Virus record (IMG/VR): IMGVR_UViG_3300035208_002098 | Coordinates: 32,001 to 96,000 of that record | Source of the DNA: a virus | Taxonomy: Duplodnaviria; Caudoviricetes | Reading direction: 5' to 3' (one strand) | Length of the DNA stretch: 64,000 bases | Part shown: piece by piece, positions 57,056 through 64,000 of the stretch | Layout: every line of letters starts with the position of its first letter | Numbering within the stretch: position 1 is the stretch's first letter | Notes under the pieces: generated by a model | The model's input: the letters and a program-made list of their open reading frames with translations, nothing else | Told to the model about the DNA's origin: nothing | The model's database searches: none | Program-made: the position numbers and the translations under genes

Positions 57056-57607
57056 TCAATTATTTTCTAGCATAGACATAACTTGTTCAACAATTATTGG
57101 TACCGTACTTTCTTTACCTTCTAAAACAGTATATTGTATATTATGTTTTCGTAATAAATCAGTTATTTCTTTATCTTTAGCCTTAGCACCAGCTTCATCT
57201 TGCATCCTACCATCTGAAACATAATGTCTTACTCGTTTTATCAAATAATTTACATTAGTGACATCATTTCGATTGAATTCATCAACAACAAATTGTTCGA
57301 ATGATGGTGATATAACATCGAAATCAGCATATATAACACCCATTAAAAATGGACTATCTGTAATAACGACATCAACCTTATTCTTTAAATGAAACATTCT
57401 ATTATGCTGTTCACCTAAAATATGTACCTGATTAGTTAATAAATTAGTTGTTTCCGACCATACTAAATCCTTCGCATATTCCGTAACTAACTCACAATTA
57501 ACAAACTTCCTTTTTAATTCATAGAACACACCAGCTGCAGATGTACTTTTACCAGCTCCGGGTCCACCCCATAGATTAACAAATATAGTTTTTTTATTTT
57601 CTTTCAT
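57056..57607 (-). CDS. P-loop kinase (AAA_28/NadR-like)
   Basis: GGPGAGKST, EYAKDLVW, ITDSP, GRMQ. Confidence 0.75.
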   Translation of the reverse strand: MKENKKTIFVNLWGGPGAGKSTSAAGVFYELKRKFVNCELVTEYAKDLVWSETTNLLTNQVHILGEQHNRMFHLKNKVDVVITDSPFLMGVIYADFDVISPSFEQFVVDEFNRNDVTNVNYLIKRVRHYVSDGRMQDEAGAKAKDKEITDLLRKHNIQYTVLEGKESTVPIIVEQVMSMLENN

Positions 57608-57903
57608 ACCCTTGTTTTTTTAATTTTACCAGTTTGTTTCTTTATCCATTCAACATACTTAGCTATTTGTGGGTGTGATAATAATAATTCTTTTGTATTA
57701 TAATATCTCCCCATATCTTTCTCAGTAATATATTTATGTATTGTTGAATGACAATCATCCTTACATATTAATATCTTACGATTCTTCATATCTTCTTTGG
57801 TAAAGTTCTTTATAAACCATTTATTATTATGATTTATTTTAGGAATTAAATGATGTTCGTTTAATTCATTTTCCCTACCACATAATTCACAATTACCTAA
57901 CAT
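57604..57903 (-). CDS. HNH-family protein
   Basis: CELCGR, EHHLIPK, C..DCH..IH. Confidence 0.75.
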   Translation of the reverse strand: MLGNCELCGRENELNEHHLIPKINHNNKWFIKNFTKEDMKNRKILICKDDCHSTIHKYITEKDMGRYYNTKELLLSHPQIAKYVEWIKKQTGKIKKTRV

Positions 57904-57904
57904 G

Positions 57905-58228
57905 TTATTTTTTATTTATAATAGGTTCAATAATAAACCCAAGTTTATTATATCTGGGAATACCCCTAGTAACAAATTCATTATTAATGAAATTAGCTTT
58001 ATTATTAGCAACTACCACTCTTTCATCATTAGAATTAATGTAATCATATTGAATACCTTCTTCATCGTCACGATAATCCCACACACCACCAATATATTCG
58101 GTACCATCACTATCTTGCACTACTTCAAGTGCTAACCCAAGAGGATGTAGGAATTGTCTATTTAGTTCTTGAAGGTAACCATTCTCTCTAAATTCCTTAA
58201 TATCAATTTTTTTAATTTCATTTTCCAT
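57905..58228 (-). CDS. Conserved phage hypothetical protein
   Basis: GYLQELNRQFLHPLGLAL. Confidence 0.6.
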   Translation of the reverse strand: MENEIKKIDIKEFRENGYLQELNRQFLHPLGLALEVVQDSDGTEYIGGVWDYRDDEEGIQYDYINSNDERVVVANNKANFINNEFVTRGIPRYNKLGFIIEPIINKK

Positions 58229-58229
58229 A

Positions 58230-58691
58230 TTATATCATGTATTTAATTGATTTTATTAAATCTTCAATGTTATCAACTTGTTTAATGTAATAACGTTGTG
58301 CTACAATATCTACATTACCTTGTCTCCAAAAACCATCAGGACAACAAATAATCATTTTATGGTCTTTAGCAAATAAACCTAATTCCAATAATGATATTGG
58401 TGACATTGTACCCGGTTGTAAATATAATACAATTAAATCAGCTGTTTCTAAACCTTCCAATTCCCATTGAACTTGCCATCTAAATTGGTTATTACTTATA
58501 TCTTGCTTCCAAGATGAATCCCAATCATTTCTACGTGGATTTAAAAATGTTATATTATCTTCATCATTAAATGAATTTATAATTTGTGTCTGCCAATCAA
58601 TAGCGACACCCATTTCAATTGAACCAGCTAAAAAAACGCTTTTATTACCTTTAGGTATTACTATCTCACTTGGTGGTTTAATTACATTCAT
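58230..58691 (-). CDS. Nucleoside 2-deoxyribosyltransferase-like protein
   Basis: VFLAGSIEMG..DWQ, NPRR.DWD, QVQWE, SPISLLELGL. Confidence 0.85.
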   Translation of the reverse strand: MNVIKPPSEIVIPKGNKSVFLAGSIEMGVAIDWQTQIINSFNDEDNITFLNPRRNDWDSSWKQDISNNQFRWQVQWELEGLETADLIVLYLQPGTMSPISLLELGLFAKDHKMIICCPDGFWRQGNVDIVAQRYYIKQVDNIEDLIKSIKYMI

Positions 58692-59058
58692 TGTTTATAG
58701 TATTTAATTTTTCTTTTAATTTTAAGAATCTTTGAGCACAATCAATTTTTTTATTCTTTAATCTATATGCTCGTCTTATTTTTAGTCTTGTAAATGGCAT
58801 AAATAAACCATTGATAGTATCTATATGATTACCATCAATCATAACATCAACACCGTACCAAAATGTAATACTAAACGAATCTTCACACTTAAATTTAAAG
58901 CTAACTCCACTAATGTCATTAGATGTAAATTCAGTCCAATAATCATCATAATCATAACAAATTTTGGCTGTCCATGTTAGTTTATTTGTTTCTAATAAAT
59001 CATAAAACAATAACTTATATTCTCGAAGTATCTTCTTTTTTAATATTATAGCATTCAC
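58678..59058 (-). CDS. Hypothetical protein
   Basis: Follows the promoter at about 59078. Confidence 0.5.
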   Translation of the reverse strand: MNAIILKKKILREYKLLFYDLLETNKLTWTAKICYDYDDYWTEFTSNDISGVSFKFKCEDSFSITFWYGVDVMIDGNHIDTINGLFMPFTRLKIRRAYRLKNKKIDCAQRFLKLKEKLNTINNECN

Positions 59059-59117
59059 ATTATCAATTTTAGATTACAAAGATATGTAAATTTTTTAATA
59101 TATGCAAGTAAATAAAT

Positions 59118-59149
59118 AAAAAAAGCCCACCAGCGATAGTGGGCTTTTT
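59118..59149 (-). terminator. Intrinsic terminator ending the amber-gated operon
   Basis: AAAAAGCCCAC-TATCGCTG-GTGGGCTTTTTTT. Confidence 0.8.
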
Positions 59150-59156
59150 ATTAATA

Positions 59157-59627
59157 TTAAGCTTTTGGCTTAATGTCCTTAAGAATCTCACCAATTTCAA
59201 CCTTAACTTTCGTTTCAGTTTCTTTTGTATAATTCACTTGAACGTAACTTATAACTTCAGACATCTTACTCTTCATCAATTTAAAGTTTGGTATAGATAT
59301 TTTAGTTCTTTCATATCCCGGAAACATATATGATTTCCATTCATGTACAGCTACTTTAGCAGCTGAAGTATACATACCCTTATCAACTAAATGTTTTACC
59401 ATTTGACTTAATTTAGTTAAATCATATATACTCACATTACATTTTTCACCATTAAATGTTAATTTAATTGCATGTGGTACACCACCAATTTTAACTGTTA
59501 ATACTTTATAAAAATAGTCAGTGTCTTTATTAATAAATAGATGTTGACTTGTTTTTTCGAAATATTTCATTATTTCTTGTCCAATTACTTGTGACTTGTT
59601 TTCTGTTGTTTTTACTATTGTTTCCAT
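59157..59627 (-). CDS. Hypothetical protein downstream of the MK*IYRPP leader
   Basis: Likely start METIVK after an A-rich leader. Confidence 0.7.
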   Translation of the reverse strand: METIVKTTENKSQVIGQEIMKYFEKTSQHLFINKDTDYFYKVLTVKIGGVPHAIKLTFNGEKCNVSIYDLTKLSQMVKHLVDKGMYTSAAKVAVHEWKSYMFPGYERTKISIPNFKLMKSKMSEVISYVQVNYTKETETKVKVEIGEILKDIKPKA

Positions 59628-59744
59628 AATTTTTTTATATTTTAAGTTTTTTATTATTAATTGTGCTTTATATAGCACTTTTTATTGTTTTTATTATTTA
59701 TTTTTTACCATTTAATAGTGTAATTTATTACACATTCTAATGTT

Positions 59745-59771
59745 TTATGGTGGACGATATATCTATTTCAT
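59745..59771 (-). CDS. Amber-containing mini-ORF / leader peptide M-K-(UAG)-I-Y-R-P-P
   Basis: ATG AAA TAG ATA TAT CGT CCA CCA TAA, 10 nt after the Pth2 stop. Confidence 0.55.
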
Positions 59772-59781
59772 ATTGGTAAAA

Positions 59782-60135
59782 TTAAAATAATTGTGATTCT
59801 TCTCTTAAAGCTAATGGTAAATTAGATAATAACTTCCTAGATGCTTCCGATGGTTCGAATGAAACAGCTGTAATTTCATTATCAATATCAGGTTCTCTGA
59901 AGATTGAAATGTTAATATTTCTTAAATTTGCTTTGAAAATCAAATCCTCTAAGTGAGATAAATCTCGTGCAGATAAATGTACTAAGTACTTGGATTTGTC
60001 ATGCCATTCTTTGGCGATTTCTGGATGTTCATGTTGGAATTGGATGCCAGCATGAGATAATTGTGGTGATTGATAGTTATATGGTAATGAACCATTAACA
60101 ACCACGTACAGCTTTTTAATCTATGTTTCTTTCAT
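59782..60135 (-). CDS. Pth2-like peptidyl-tRNA hydrolase with in-frame amber codon at position 5 (MKET*IKKLYVVV...)
   Basis: KLYVVV..L...Q..QLSHA, EW...YLV.L, FREPDIDNEITA, LL..LPL. TAG at 60121-60123 is in frame with ATG 60135. Confidence 0.78.
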
Positions 60136-61140
60136 AATGTTTAATTTATTAATTATATTATCTTTATATGTTATTCTTATTAATTTAATACCGTTATCAT
60201 TACAGTAATCAGTCTTTATTTTATCTTTTTTAACCCTATCTTTTAAACCTTCTTCACCACCCCATTCATTAACTACCTCAAAATGTTGTCTACCATCATA
60301 TTCAATACATGTATTTAAATCCGGTAAATAAAAATCAAATGGTAGTACTCTTAAATCAACGCAATTTTCAAATATTTTATATTTTATGAAGTTAATATCA
60401 TTAGATATTAAAAATTTTTTTATTTGTTTTTCACCCTTTGATTCATTACATATTTGGCAGCCAGAACCTCTAAGATGGTAATCAGGTTTCTGTTCAAATT
60501 CACCATGTATTGGACAAATTATCTTAACAGGTATTCTCTTATTTATATAATTAACCAATGAATAATCATATTTATAACCATGGACTAATTCAGCTTTATC
60601 TATAAATGTTTTATTATTATGTTTACACCCACTACAATAAGGGCACCCCGAACCATTTATATGATGAGATGGACTTTGTTCAAATTCACCATGGATTGGA
60701 CATATAATAATAACTTTTTTATGAGTTGTTTGATAGTAAACTTTAGAATAGTCGTATTTAAATTTATGAATATTTTGACTATCAACTATAAATTTAAATA
60801 ATGACTTACGTAAAATATCATTTCTTATTATATTACCACATTTTGGGCAATTACAACCTTTTAAATGATTATTAGGTATCTGTTCAAATTCACCATGAAT
60901 AGGACAAATTATTTTTACCTTAGTACACCAATCGATGTAAGATACTTTAGAATAATCGTATTTGTTATTATGAATTAAATTAGCTTTTTCAATAAAATCG
61001 CACATATTAGAAAATTTATTTATATTAAATAAATATCTAGAATTTTTATAAAACACTGTTTGTACAGCTTCATATTGTTGACCTAAATCTTTTCGGTCTA
61101 CAACGTACAATTTTGATTCTTTTGTAATCTAGTGTTTCAT
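60121..61140 (-). CDS. Free-standing endonuclease (3x DUF723-like zinc repeats plus Vsr/PD-(D/E)XK domain) with Pth2-like N-terminus and amber codon at position 4
   Basis: MKH*ITKESKLYVVDRKDLGQQYEAVQ; 3x KYDYS..Y...KIICPIHGEFEQ.P..H..G..C..C; PFDFYLP....IEYDGRQHF. Confidence 0.8.
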
Positions 61141-61270
61141 AACTTTTCTTTTTTAGTTTATATTAATAAATATGTTACAATTTTAAAAAATAATCCTCAA
61201 CTGCGTTTAACCTCTACAGCATAGTTTTGTATAACGTGGTATTATTTCAAATACCTTGTGAATTATTTCG

Positions 61271-61343
61271 TGTCCCTAATCGGGTTCGAACCGATGCACA
61301 CAGGCTTTTAGAGGGCCCGGCTCTGCCACTGAGCTATAAGGAC
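61271..61343 (-). tRNA. Amber suppressor tRNA (anticodon CUA)
   Basis: GTCCTTA TA GCTC AGTGGCA GAGC C GGGCC CTCTAAA AGCCT GTGTGC ATCGG TTCGAAC CCGAT TAGGGAC A; anticodon at 61309-61311. Confidence 0.85.
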
Positions 61344-61346
61344 ATA

Positions 61347-61764
61347 TTTGGGATAGTGGTTAGCAAGCCACATCTAGAACAATATTCAGTATCTGTTAAT
61401 CACGTGATTTGAACGCTATGCTAGTATCACACTAACCAAATTAACCCAAAATATTGGTGATTACCGCTATAGGCTCTCCCCTGACAACTTGTTTTCCCTA
61501 GTAAGGAATTCTTTAGGTTACTAGCCGGGGGTTCGAATCCTTCCTATTGTTCTAAAATGGTAAGATAACAACCATAGGCTTAATTTGGGAAACACTACAC
61601 TAGCTTTTACCTTTTATTAAGTTGCATCCACCAACCACCCCATCTAGAACTTAGGTCTTGGTCTATCGTATATGTAATTAAATTATGTCACCGATTAATC
61701 ACTTCGGCTAGGTTTTGTATTGACTTGCGGTCCGTCAGACCATTTACTGACACCTTGATTACAT
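61347..61764 (-). ncRNA. Stem-closed non-coding units upstream of the suppressor tRNA (61347-61450, 61454-61634, 61671-61764)
   Basis: Complementary ends tttggg/cccaaa, ttggtg/caccaa, tatgtaat/attacata; repeated CATCTAGAAC at 61371 and 61641. Confidence 0.45.
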
Positions 61765-61828
61765 AATCTAATTACTCTACAAAGATAATTATAATTTTTG
61801 AAAAAAACAAGTGTTTTATCAATTATTT

Positions 61829-62092
61829 TTAAAAAATATTTTCATCTTCTAAATTAATTTCAATTTCATTATGTTTCCAACCTAATTCTAAGTCTCTACA
61901 ATTGGTTAAAGCACTGGTATAATCTTTATAATTCTTCCAATCACCACCACAATTATAAACCACTCTAACAGAATCTAAAGAATGTTCCGGTATTTCTTTA
62001 ATAATACCATTTTCAAACTTATTTTGTATCTTTAAATGCTCTGGTTGGTAACATACCTTATCACCTATATTTACTGTCGCTATATTAATCAT
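61829..62092 (-). CDS. Hypothetical protein
   Basis: Co-oriented ORF. Confidence 0.55.
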   Translation of the reverse strand: MINIATVNIGDKVCYQPEHLKIQNKFENGIIKEIPEHSLDSVRVVYNCGGDWKNYKDYTSALTNCRDLELGWKHNEIEINLEDENIF

Positions 62093-62096
62093 TTTA

Positions 62097-62846
62097 TTAT
62101 TTTAAAAGATTATCTAAATATTCCTTTGAATTTATCCACATCATGGTTTCAACATCATATACTTCTTCTACATTTTCAATAAATGTTTTTGAATGAGTTG
62201 AAATAATAATTGGTTTACCTGTTTCTTTTAATTTATTTAAATATTTCAATTGATTTCTTAAAGATAATCCTTGTTCTGGTTCATCTAAAAATAACATATC
62301 AAAATCTAAACTTAAAACACCTAATAAAACACCTTCTCTTGTTTCACCATGACTTTCAGCGGCCCACATAAAAATATTATTTACCTCTTGTGCACTATGT
62401 GTAAAACCTTTTTCTGGATTAGGTGTAGTTACTTTAGGGTTGGATTTTTCCATATCAACATTAAAAACCTTTAACCCCTTTAAATTTTCTTTATTAACTT
62501 TAATAAATTGCTTGATTAGAGTTGATTTACCACAACCATTATCACCAACCAATAAGTTTATACCATTTTTTAAAACAAACTCTGTATTCGCTTTATATAA
62601 GGTTTTATATTCACGTGTAATATAATCAAAACTTTCTTTTTTAGTTAACTTTGCTCTTTGAAAAGATTTTAAACCTAATTCTTTAGACTTTTCACTTATT
62701 TTTTTATTCAAACTTCTTTCATCTAACTTTTCATATTTCTTTTCAGTAAACGTATTTTTTCTAATTGGTGAATAATCCCAAGTAGTTTCAATAACATAAT
62801 CTTCTTCGAATTTAATATTTAAGTTTTTCATATTATTTTTTAACAA
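62097..62846 (-). CDS. ABC/SMC-like AAA ATPase
   Basis: GDNGCGKST, SHGE, LFLDEPEQGLS, ISTHS. Confidence 0.85.
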   Translation of the reverse strand: MLKNNMKNLNIKFEEDYVIETTWDYSPIRKNTFTEKKYEKLDERSLNKKISEKSKELGLKSFQRAKLTKKESFDYITREYKTLYKANTEFVLKNGINLLVGDNGCGKSTLIKQFIKVNKENLKGLKVFNVDMEKSNPKVTTPNPEKGFTHSAQEVNNIFMWAAESHGETREGVLLGVLSLDFDMLFLDEPEQGLSLRNQLKYLNKLKETGKPIIISTHSKTFIENVEEVYDVETMMWINSKEYLDNLLK

Positions 62847-63087
62847 TATATTTATATTTTACTTCTGTAATTTGTTCCACTTCATCCATACTAAGGATTA
62901 TACTATTATCACTACCCCAAGGATTTTCATAAAGTATACGATAATGTTTATTTAATATATTATTAAAATATATACATTGTACTAAATCACAACCCGGTCT
63001 GGATTGTATAACATCTGTTGTTATTAATTTAAAGTCAAATTGTTTACCTTCGAATACTTCAATTGCAAATTCATTAGTTAATTCCAT
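62833..63087 (-). CDS. Hypothetical protein
   Basis: Follows the promoter at about 63113. Confidence 0.5.
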   Translation of the reverse strand: MELTNEFAIEVFEGKQFDFKLITTDVIQSRPGCDLVQCIYFNNILNKHYRILYENPWGSDNSIILSMDEVEQITEVKYKYIVKK

Positions 63088-63184
63088 AATATATTATTTA
63101 TTAATACTTCTGCAAATATATAACAAATAAATGAGACTACCAAATAATTTTAGGATTTTTTTAATATATTGGAAATAAATTTTG

Positions 63185-63255
63185 AGCTACTAACAAGAAT
63201 TGAACTTGCATCTCACCCATACCAAGGGCGAATTCTACCGTTAAACTATAATAGC
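63185..63255 (-). tRNA. tRNA-Thr (GGU)
   Basis: GCTATTA/TAGTAGC, CGCCC TTGGTAT GGGTG, GCAAG TTCAATT CTTGT. Confidence 0.8.
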
Positions 63256-63256
63256 A

Positions 63257-63673
63257 TTATTTGAGAACATTTTTTACAACACCTGTAATTTGAAACCTTT
63301 CAATTTCTACCCAATTAGTTATATCATTACTCATTACTGGTTTACCACCATCATTTACATTAACTGCGACTGTTATGTGTGGTATTTTATTGTTTGAATG
63401 ATAACCTTCAACTCTAACAGCTAAAGCTTTATTACTTACCCCTCTGTGAGTTACGGTTAATGTAACATTTTTAAATTCATCATCATTGATATTTAAATCT
63501 GCCAAACTTTTACCGAATTGTATTGTCATGTGATGAGCAAATGGTTTCCAACCTTCTGGAACACCAATTTTACTTAATAATATATTATGACTTTCTTCAT
63601 CTAAAACAACAGCACAATATAAGATATTGTTATCATACGATTCCCTTAACTTCTGTTTTATTAGATTTTTCAT
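63257..63673 (-). CDS. 2H phosphoesterase
   Basis: Two HxT motifs: HHMTI and PHITV. Confidence 0.8.
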   Translation of the reverse strand: MKNLIKQKLRESYDNNILYCAVVLDEESHNILLSKIGVPEGWKPFAHHMTIQFGKSLADLNINDDEFKNVTLTVTHRGVSNKALAVRVEGYHSNNKIPHITVAVNVNDGGKPVMSNDITNWVEIERFQITGVVKNVLK

Positions 63674-63736
63674 AGTATAAACTTTATTTTAATATAAATA
63701 TATCTAAAAATAAAAACATATTGGAAATAAATTTTG

Positions 63737-63808
63737 AGCAATAGAAGAATTTTGAAATCTCGACCTTGACATTGGCAATGTCACGCTCTGCCTCTGAGCT
63801 ACTACTGC
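63737..63808 (-). tRNA. tRNA-Gly (GCC)
   Basis: GCAGTAG/CTATTGC-T, GCTC/GAGC, TGACA TTGCCAA TGTCA. Confidence 0.85.
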
Positions 63809-63809
63809 A

Positions 63810-63847
63810 TGGAGCCGGCACTGCGATTTAACAGTGAATCACCCGGC
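63810..63847 (-). ncRNA. 38-nt tRNA minihelix-like element ending UCCA
   Basis: GCCGG-GTGATT-CACTG TTAAATCG CAGTG-CCGGC-TCCA. Confidence 0.45.
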
Positions 63848-63852
63848 ATTTG

Positions 63853-63999
63853 TGGGCTAGAGGGGATTTAAACCCGTTAGTTAATCACATACTTTTTATA
63901 GCTAATTATTATATGTAATTCTAACCTAATTAACCTTAGTCATTATAGACAGCCACCTTTATAACGATGACCCGAATTCATCACATTCGTAGCTAACCC
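63853..63999 (-). ncRNA. tRNA-shaped RNA with long insert
   Basis: GGGTTAG/CTAGCCC acceptor and ACGGG TTTAAAT CCCCT T-arm-like hairpin, with about 115 nt between. Confidence 0.5.
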
Positions 64000-64000
64000 T

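Noticed and set aside
61271-61343. Pyrrolysine tRNA (same CUCUAAA loop)
   Set aside because: It has a canonical GG D-loop, TTCGA T-loop, 2-nt linker and 5-bp anticodon stem, and no pyl genes are visible
61527-61542. Plus-strand tRNA suggested by GGGGTTCGAATCCTT
   Set aside because: No matching acceptor stem or D-arm, and it is opposite to local transcription
1198-62625. Short plus-strand and nested ORFs in the ORF track (e.g. 1198-1392, 5983-6312, 19427-19678, 20477-20704, 34792-35103, 46430-46732, 61227-61412)
   Set aside because: They are antisense shadows of real genes or overlap RNA elements, with no motifs. Only 23957-24883 and 40930-41631 are credible plus-strand genes.
1-64000. Genome-wide TAG recoding (code 15)
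   Set aside because: Long conserved genes are intact under the standard code, and several end at TAG right before the next gene or promoter. In-frame TAGs cluster only at 59.7-61.1 kb. Other parts of the genome cannot be judged.

Overview
Very AT-rich, gene-dense segment of a large (jumbo-type) dsDNA phage, most likely infecting Bacteroidota. About 30 intergenic gaps carry the Bacteroidota promoter TTG-N~19-TAnnTTTG, and nearly all genes lie on the minus strand. No structural or core replication genes are present. The window is an accessory region of small hypothetical ORFs plus host-takeover enzymes: an NAD+ salvage set (Nampt, NadM-Nudix, Prs), CoaD/CoaE/ACP, two sigma factors, Thg1-like, RlmN-like, dCMP deaminase, CorA and an M42 peptidase. 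It also holds two TnpB elements and three free-standing endonucleases. The main discovery is at 59.7-61.4 kb. An amber-suppressor tRNA (anticodon CUA) sits directly upstream of three successive reading frames that each have an in-frame UAG 2-4 codons after AUG, in the same context ATG AAA (NNN)0-2 TAG ATW. The three frames are an endonuclease fused to a Pth2-like N-terminus, a Pth2-like peptidyl-tRNA hydrolase, and a mini-ORF MK*IYRPP. Elsewhere TAG behaves as a normal stop, so this looks like a local amber-gated translation switch rather than genome-wide recoding. Other notable structure: (1) arrays of stem-closed non-coding RNAs with boxA-like leaders; (2) tRNA-shaped RNAs whose anticodon arm is replaced by about 75-120 nt inserts; (3) four solitary copies of a Bacteroidota type II-C-like CRISPR repeat; (4) an integron-like attC cassette array without an integrase. 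All functional calls come from motif recognition by eye, with no database searches.
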